Source: Deltaproteobacteria bacterium
GTDB taxonomy: Bacteria > Myxococcota > Kuafuiibacteriia > Kuafuiibacteriales > Kuafuiibacteriaceae
Direction: 5' to 3'
NCBI GenBank assembly: GCA_040218735.1
Contig: JAVJQW010000008.1
Location: 192,001-256,000, forward strand
Length of the DNA: 64,000 bases
Shown: one piece after another, positions 58,071 to 64,000 of the stretch
Numbering within the stretch: position 1 is the first letter of the stretch
How the letters are laid out: every line of letters starts with the position of its first letter
Program-made: the position numbers and the translations under genes
The notes under the pieces: generated by a model
Database searches by the model: none
Told to the model about the DNA's origin: nothing
The model's input: only the letters and a program-made list of their open reading frames with translations

Positions 58071-60383
58071 TCAGTTCGCGGCGCCGGGGCTCGGCGTGGT
58101 CGCGAGCGACCAGTCGACGGAGGCGTCGTCGGTGTCGGCGCCGTCCGGGACGCGGACCAGCGAACCGTCCACCGAGTTCGAGTCGGCCACGGCCGTCGCG
58201 GTGCCCTCGACGAGGCTCACCGGAGCGGCGAAGCCGTTGATGCTCGCGGCGGTGATGCTGCCCTCGTACGACAGCGCATCGATCAGCGTGTTCGACGCCG
58301 TGTCGATGAGCGCCACGGCGTCCGGCGCGCCGTTCTGGATGTTGTTCGTCGCGCCGGTGAACTCGATCAGCGTGACACCACCCGGGACCGCCAGGCCCGT
58401 CGGGCCCACCACGAGGAAGGCGCCGGGCGCCAGCGTGAGGGCCGTCGCCAGGTCGACGCGGTTGTACTCGGAGTCGTTGCTCCCGTTCACGAGGACGAGG
58501 GCGACGTTCGTCAGCACCGCAGGCGCCGTGCCCGCGTTGTAGATCTCCACGAACTCCGCGGCGTCGGTGTTGATCTGGTCGTAGTCGACCTCGTTGATCA
58601 CCAGGCGCGCGCCGACCGGGCCGGGGCCACCGTCGCGCGGCGTGCCGGCGTCGACCAGGCCGCCGTCCCGAGCCGGACCCGCGTCGCGCGGCGAGCCGCC
58701 GTCACGCGGGATGCCACTGTCCACGACGCCGCCGTCGCGCGGGGCGGTCGGGCAGACGTCGTTCGGCGCGTTCGGCGTGCCCTGGTCGGTGCCGAAGGCC
58801 GAGACCGACTCACACCAGTTGGAGCCGTCGTCGTTGGACGTCGCGTTGAGCGCGCTCGGGTCGAGGTTCATCGACGCACCGCTCGGGTCGGGGAAGGTCG
58901 CTCCGTTGTCCCACGCGACGCGGTCGATCTCGGTGCCGCCACAGATCAGCACGAGGCTGTCCGAGCCGTTGCCGAGGTTGATGTCCGCGTAGATGTACGG
59001 CGACACGAAGCCGGCGCTCGAGGTGCGCGCCAGCGCGACGTAGCCACCCGCCGGCACGACGACCGGCTGGTTGATGACGTGGGTGTCGCTGCCCTCGTCC
59101 GTGACGGTGCAGCCGGTCAGGTCGAGCGAAGCGCCGGTTGTGTTGTGGACCTCGAAGTACTCACCTTCGTTGTCACTCACCGCGGCCGGGTTCTGCATGA
59201 TCTCGGTGAAGATGATGTCACCCATCGCTCCGGGCGCCGCCGCCGTGCTGGGCGCGGTGAACATCGCGGAGTTGGCGTTGGCGTCCACCGAGTTGCCGAG
59301 GTCGTCCGTCACCATCGAGTCGACGGTCAGCGTGTACTGCTGCAGCTCGGTGAGCGTGTCCGTCGTGAGCGTCACGACGTTGGCGTTCACCGCCACGCCC
59401 GTGACGTTCACGTTCGGCGCGAGCGTGAACCGCGTGTCCATCACCGTCGCCGCGGCGAGCGGGCGGTCGAAGACGACCTCGACGCTCGTCGCGCTGAGCG
59501 CACGCGCCGACTGGACCTGCACGCCGTTGGCGCACGCGGTCACGGAGACGTCGACGTCGCGCTGAATCGTCAGCTGCGCCGTCGTCGAGAAGCGCCACAT
59601 CGGGATCGGGCCAACGTTGACATCACAGCCGTCGACGAGGCCGAGCGGCCCGATGAGCGTCTCCGGCACGCGGAAGACAAACGCGTTGTCGCTCGGCAGC
59701 CCCTGCGTGGAGATGCCGATGCGGCGGTGCTCGTTGCCCGCGAACGCGTAGGCGCCGGTGAGCGTGCCGTTCGCGCGAACGATCTCACTCTCGTAGCTCG
59801 TCAGGTCGGTGACGACGTCCGTCGCCATGCTGAGGTCCTGGACGAGCGCGGCGACGTCGCGGCCGCTCGCGTCGACGGTGAACGCCGACACGGCGATGAC
59901 GCGGTGCTGCGCATCGACGACCTCGGTCTCGTTCACGGTGAACGACACCTCGTCGCCGACCACCGGTGCGGGGGTCGCGACCGACGAGGTCGGGATGGCG
60001 ACGAACAGCGCGGGGCCGGTCATGTCGACCTGCACGAAGAAGCCGGCCGGGTCGTCGCCGAGCGCATCGCGCGTGTACGTGACGATCGCCTCTTCAACGG
60101 TGAGCGGCGGGTTCTGAACGCCGGGCGGTGCCAGGCGGACGATGTTGATCAGGGCGGAGGGGGTGTCGCCCGTGCCGCCGTCGCGCGGTGGTCCACCGTC
60201 GCGTTCGACGTCGCCGCCGTCGCGTTCGACGTCCGGTCCGCCGTCGCGGGGCGTCACCGTTTCACCGGCGTCGCGCGGGACGAACGTCGAGTCGTCGTCG
60301 CGACCGTCGTCGTCGCCCGAGCAGGCAGAGAGGGCGAGCGAGGCGCCCAAGAGAATCGTACTGAACCAGCGTGTACGGAGCAT
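58071..60383 (-). CDS. Lipoprotein with OB-fold, Ig-like and two lamin-tail (LTD) domains
   Basis: LSAC lipobox. GFFVQ, IIFTEIMQNP...GEYFEVHN...GTP and VINEVDYD...EFVEIYN...SPG motifs. Confidence 0.85.
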   Translation of the reverse strand: MLRTRWFSTILLGASLALSACSGDDDGRDDDSTFVPRDAGETVTPRDGGPDVERDGGDVERDGGPPRDGGTGDTPSALINIVRLAPPGVQNPPLTVEEAIVTYTRDALGDDPAGFFVQVDMTGPALFVAIPTSSVATPAPVVGDEVSFTVNETEVVDAQHRVIAVSAFTVDASGRDVAALVQDLSMATDVVTDLTSYESEIVRANGTLTGAYAFAGNEHRRIGISTQGLPSDNAFVFRVPETLIGPLGLVDGCDVNVGPIPMWRFSTTAQLTIQRDVDVSVTACANGVQVQSARALSATSVEVVFDRPLAAATVMDTRFTLAPNVNVTGVAVNANVVTLTTDTLTELQQYTLTVDSMVTDDLGNSVDANANSAMFTAPSTAAAPGAMGDIIFTEIMQNPAAVSDNEGEYFEVHNTTGASLDLTGCTVTDEGSDTHVINQPVVVPAGGYVALARTSSAGFVSPYIYADINLGNGSDSLVLICGGTEIDRVAWDNGATFPDPSGASMNLDPSALNATSNDDGSNWCESVSAFGTDQGTPNAPNDVCPTAPRDGGVVDSGIPRDGGSPRDAGPARDGGLVDAGTPRDGGPGPVGARLVINEVDYDQINTDAAEFVEIYNAGTAPAVLTNVALVLVNGSNDSEYNRVDLATALTLAPGAFLVVGPTGLAVPGGVTLIEFTGATNNIQNGAPDAVALIDTASNTLIDALSYEGSITAASINGFAAPVSLVEGTATAVADSNSVDGSLVRVPDGADTDDASVDWSLATTPSPGAAN

Positions 60384-60456
60384 CGGGCCACGCATACAGG
60401 GCCAGGCCCCGAACGCCAACCTTTGAGGCGGTGCTCGGGCTCACGTCACGCCGGCG

Positions 60457-62550
60457 TCACCGGCCGGTGTGGCGCTCCTTGCGTGCCCCCTGGTACGGAC
60501 GCCACCACGCGGGGCGCTCGGGGAGCGTGTTCGCGCGGATCTTGCCCTGCCACTGCTCGTCCGTGAGGCGATCCGACACGGGGTGATCGAACTCGTAGTA
60601 GGAGAAGACCGGGCCTACGTAGACCGTCCGGTCATCCTCGTTGTCGATGGCGACGACGAGAAATTGGGTGTCCCCGACCGCGACCTCGCGCACCTTTCCC
60701 CCCTTCGGGTCCGTGTGGACGTCAGCCACCGTCGGGTCCCACTCGGACGCCGAGACACCCCCGCCGTAGAAGATCTGCGGGTACCAGCCGTCGTAGCGCG
60801 GCGGACCGCTGCCGCCGCCGCGTTTGTCGATGGTCTTCTTGAGCCAGTCCTCGTCGGAGCTGGTGAGCGGCTGTGCGGCGAGCTCGCGCTCCGCGATCTT
60901 CGCGAGGCGCTGCATCGTGTCCGCGAGCTGGTCGAAGTACTGGACCTGGCGCGTCTTCATCCAGTCCGCCTTGCCGTAGTCGGCGAGTCGGATCCGGCGC
61001 TGCGCCTCGCGGGCGAGCGCCTCGATCGCGCGGTAGAAGTCCGGGTACGGCTCGACGTAACCGGTCGGGTACTCACAGCTCGGCCACGCGGTGTACGACT
61101 GCTTCGCGTAGAGGATCGTGTCGTGGCGCAGCTCGGCCCAGGACCCGAGCTGGGTTTGGAGCTGTTTCCGATCCCACGCCTCGGAGCGCATCACGCGCGG
61201 GACGTGGCGCCCGTTGGGTTTGTCGTCGAGCGTGCGGAGCGCACCGAGCCACGCGTTGTAGACGTTCGAGCGCCAGTAGGCGGCGGGTTGCTCCGCGACG
61301 AAGGCCCGCGCGGCCTTCAGGTTGCCGGCGTACGGGAACACCTCGAGCTCGGGTGCGAGGAGGCGCGCGGCTTCGTCGTTGCCGAGCGCGGTCATCACGT
61401 CGAGGCCGTTCGGCATCATGCGCATGACCTTCTTGTTCTTGTAGAGGATCGAGTCGAAGACGACCTTCGACAGCACGAAGGAGTCGATCACGAAGCGCTG
61501 GCCGAAGAGCTGGAAGAGGCTCGGCGGTTCGACTTCGATCGTGTCGTGCGGATTGGAGACGACGACCTGCGAGCGGATGGCCTGCTTGCCGTGTTTGGCG
61601 ATCCGTTTCTTCACCTGGTCGAGGTTCTTCGCGCCGTTCATCGCATCGCGGAGCTGGAACGCGGTGAGGTTGTCCGAGGCGCCGACCATGAAGTCGACGA
61701 TGTCGTTCATCGCGCCGAGCTTCTTCAGGCCGCCGGTCTCGTCGACGAGCGCGACGAGGCGCATCGCGCTCGCCAGCTGCCGGTCGGAGTCGGCGATCTC
61801 GAACCCCGTGTCGGCGCGGCCGAGCCACATCATGGCGCGGAAGTAGCGCTTCAGCTGCTCGCTTTTGGTGTAGTGGCCGCGCGGTTTGAACTGCGACCAG
61901 TCGACGGTGCGCTTGCCGCCGTAGATCTGGGTGCCCGGGCCGCGGGGATTCTCGAGCTTCAGCGACTCGACCTTGTCGAGGAGGACCTGCGCGGCTTCGT
62001 CCTGGCCGAGCTTCGAGTGGACGGTGAGCTCCTTGGATCCCGCGAGGAGGTTGAGCGCGACGGTGACGTAGAGGTCGACGTCGTGGTCGGTCTTCTTCGT
62101 GGCGCCGTGGACCTGCGTGAGGACGTCTTGGATCGTGGGCGCGAGGTAGCTCGTCTCGAGCTGCATGAGGATGTCGTCGTAGGACTTGTGGACGGCGTGC
62201 AGGATGGAGTCGGTGGTGATGAACACCGGCATGTCGCGCGCGTAGATCGCGTAGTAACTCGCGCCGAAGCTGTACCGGACGCCGTGGTCGACGGAGACGA
62301 GCCCGTGTTTCTTGAAGATGGCGCGCTCTTCGGAGGTGAGCTTCAGCTCCTTGGCGACGGTGTCGAAGTACTCCGCCTTCGTCGGATCGAACCCGAGCTT
62401 GGCACGGTCGGGTTTGGGGAGCTCTTCGAGGAACGCGGTGCCGCTCAGGTCGGTGAACCGGGTGCGGTAGACGTCGAAGGCGGCGGTGTCCTGCGCGGCG
62501 GCGACGGAGGGGGCGGCGACGAGGAGGGCGACGAGCACGGTGCGCGACAT
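60457..62550 (-). CDS. DUF3160 domain-containing secreted protein
   Basis: FITTDSILH, FKPRGHYT, YFRAMMWLG, SWAELRHDTILYAKQ and YYEF...RLTDEQW motifs. ATG 62550 gives a signal peptide. Confidence 0.9.
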   Translation of the reverse strand: MSRTVLVALLVAAPSVAAAQDTAAFDVYRTRFTDLSGTAFLEELPKPDRAKLGFDPTKAEYFDTVAKELKLTSEERAIFKKHGLVSVDHGVRYSFGASYYAIYARDMPVFITTDSILHAVHKSYDDILMQLETSYLAPTIQDVLTQVHGATKKTDHDVDLYVTVALNLLAGSKELTVHSKLGQDEAAQVLLDKVESLKLENPRGPGTQIYGGKRTVDWSQFKPRGHYTKSEQLKRYFRAMMWLGRADTGFEIADSDRQLASAMRLVALVDETGGLKKLGAMNDIVDFMVGASDNLTAFQLRDAMNGAKNLDQVKKRIAKHGKQAIRSQVVVSNPHDTIEVEPPSLFQLFGQRFVIDSFVLSKVVFDSILYKNKKVMRMMPNGLDVMTALGNDEAARLLAPELEVFPYAGNLKAARAFVAEQPAAYWRSNVYNAWLGALRTLDDKPNGRHVPRVMRSEAWDRKQLQTQLGSWAELRHDTILYAKQSYTAWPSCEYPTGYVEPYPDFYRAIEALAREAQRRIRLADYGKADWMKTRQVQYFDQLADTMQRLAKIAERELAAQPLTSSDEDWLKKTIDKRGGGSGPPRYDGWYPQIFYGGGVSASEWDPTVADVHTDPKGGKVREVAVGDTQFLVVAIDNEDDRTVYVGPVFSYYEFDHPVSDRLTDEQWQGKIRANTLPERPAWWRPYQGARKERHTGR

Positions 62551-62640
62551 GAGGGCGTGAACGTACGGGAGGCCCCGAGGATCTGACAGGCGAGTGACCG
62601 CCGCCGCACCGAGCGCATTCGGTGGTAGGTAACGGGGAGG

Positions 62641-62892
62641 ATGGGGCGGAGGGTCGTCGTCGTCGCGCTGATGGGAGCGCTCGCGGGGTGCCCGGTGGAG
62701 GACGCGGAGTGCTTCGGGAACGATGAGTGCCCCGGTGAGACGCGGTGCCTGGGGCGGGTTTGCGTGGCGCGCGACGGGGGAAGCGCCCGCGACGGCGGAG
62801 CCGCCCGGGACGCCGGAGGCGATGCGGGTCAGCGTGACGCCGCCGTCGGCGACGCGGGCGCGAGCGACGCGGGGGCCTCCGACGGCGGCTGA
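62641..62892 (+). CDS. Small lipoprotein with a Cys knot-like module and RDGG/DAG repeats
   Basis: GGAGG RBS, LAGC lipobox, C-x5-C-x5-C-x4-C. Confidence 0.7.
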   Translation: MGRRVVVVALMGALAGCPVEDAECFGNDECPGETRCLGRVCVARDGGSARDGGAARDAGGDAGQRDAAVGDAGASDAGASDGG

Positions 62893-63050
62893 GGCGCCGG
62901 GCGCGCCCCCTCCATCCGAAGAATTCGAATTCACATGCCACGTTCCCAACTCCCAAATCTCGGATTTACGACCGGGAAGTCGAAAGCCGCCGCTAGGACC
63001 GGGGAACAACAAATTCGAATCGTCGCGCGCGCACCGGATCCACCTCTTTT

Positions 63051-63059
63051 ACCGATAAC
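63051..63059 (+). promoter_or_regulatory. Sigma28/FliA-WhiG-like -10 element
   Basis: ACCGATAAC 6 nt before ATG 63066, identical to the 48476-48484 box. Confidence 0.5.
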
Positions 63060-63065
63060 CCCACC

Positions 63066-64000
63066 ATGCCCCTCCAGGTCAGCCGGCGCGTCCACGCGAC
63101 CACGGTCGACCCGTCCCCCCACCTCCAGCTCCGCCCCTTCCTCCTCCCTCCCCTCGTCCCCCCGCTCCTGAGCAAAGCCGCCGAGGCCCCCTCCGGATCC
63201 CCCGCCGCGCTCGGCGCGATGGCCACGCTCGACGTCCGCACGGGCCAGGACCTCCGCACCGCCGCCCGCATCGCGCATCTGCGCGCGATGCGCGTCGCCG
63301 CCCAGCGCGCGCTCGCCGCCGGGGCGCCGGTCGAAGATGTGCAGCAGGGGGTGAGCCGCGCGATCGAGGAGGTGTTCGTCGACATCGTGGAGGCCGACCT
63401 CGAGCGCCACCCGCCGCCCGGTCGCTTCGCGGTGGCGGTGTTGGGATCCGTCGCGGCGCGCGAGTCGGCGACGCACTCCGACGTCGACGCCGCGCTCGTC
63501 CTCGAGGACGCCGCGCACTACCCGTGGTTCGAGGCGGCGGTGGATCGCTGGCGCATGGCGTTGACCGCGCTCGGCGAGCCGTCCGGTGTGACGTTCTGCG
63601 ACCAGGCCTCCCCGGTCGGCCGGTTCCGCGACGCCGTCTTCGGCGACGTCGACCAGATCGCGTCGACGTGGTCCGACCCCGAGCGCGGCGCTCGCTACCG
63701 GCGCGGCGTGCGCGAAGGGCGCTTCGTGCTCGGCGACGCGAAGCTCGTGTCGAGCCTCGGTCGCCGCATCGCCGCGGCGCGAACCCCCGAGGTCCGTCAG
63801 GACCGCGCCGAGCGGGACGTCGCCGAGGCGACGGAGAACCTCTCGCGCTTCGCACGCGCGACGCCGTTCGAGCAGACCGTCCCCTTGCGCGCCGTCCGCA
63901 AGGCGATCGTCACGTTGCTACGCGGCCTCGCGGACCGCGCGGGGATCGTCGCGACCAACGCGTTCGAGCGCGCCGACGCGCTGCGCGACGCGAAGGTCCT
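63066..64000 (+). CDS. DUF294-type (GlnD/GlnE-like) nucleotidyltransferase, partial
   Basis: My translation, not in the ORF track: MPLQVSRR...RFAVAVLGSVAARESATHSDVDAALV...GIVATNAFERADAL. Open to the window end. Confidence 0.75.
   Translation, partial: MPLQVSRRVHATTVDPSPHLQLRPFLLPPLVPPLLSKAAEAPSGSPAALGAMATLDVRTGQDLRTAARIAHLRAMRVAAQRALAAGAPVEDVQQGVSRAIEEVFVDIVEADLERHPPPGRFAVAVLGSVAARESATHSDVDAALVLEDAAHYPWFEAAVDRWRMALTALGEPSGVTFCDQASPVGRFRDAVFGDVDQIASTWSDPERGARYRRGVREGRFVLGDAKLVSSLGRRIAAARTPEVRQDRAERDVAEATENLSRFARATPFEQTVPLRAVRKAIVTLLRGLADRAGIVATNAFERADALRDAKV

Noticed and set aside
62911-63050. AT-richer intergenic region with GAATTCGAATTC and AAATTCGAATC words as an ncRNA or riboswitch
   Set aside because: No recognisable riboswitch core and only short palindromes. 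More likely promoter or regulator-binding DNA.

Overview
GC-rich (about 70% by eye) bacterial chromosomal segment. MYXO-CTERM, Cys-rich lipoproteins, Hanks Ser/Thr kinases, DUF1592/DUF1552 genes and sigma54 enhancer-binding systems point to Myxococcota. It holds about 48 protein genes, including dnaJ, gpmI, dcp, an ATP-dependent ligase and guaA, plus many secreted or lipoprotein orphans and one tRNA-Val(CAC). I found no CRISPR array, rRNA, integrase or transposase. Best leads: (1) a frameshifted HNH/DUF222-like endonuclease preceded by a hairpin-rich non-coding region, which recurs in an adjacent internally deleted copy (candidate HNH-associated RNA or mini-element, 32874-34496); (2) a 2.2-kaa surface protein with an internal MYXO-CTERM followed directly by a second signal peptide (candidate polyprotein), upstream of a HEAT-repeat partner; (3) a 1012-aa signal-less protein with a Gly-rich hydrophobic segment and an exact JAMM/MPN+ motif (candidate toxin or effector); (4) a sigma54 operon linking Pmp3/YqaE, an AurF-type diiron oxygenase, a two-component system and a PspA-like protein; (5) recurring promoter patterns: sigma54 boxes 13 nt before start codons, ACCGATAAC (sigma28-like) boxes before effector-like genes, and leaderless -10 boxes. 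All family assignments come from reading motifs by eye. No database searches were run.
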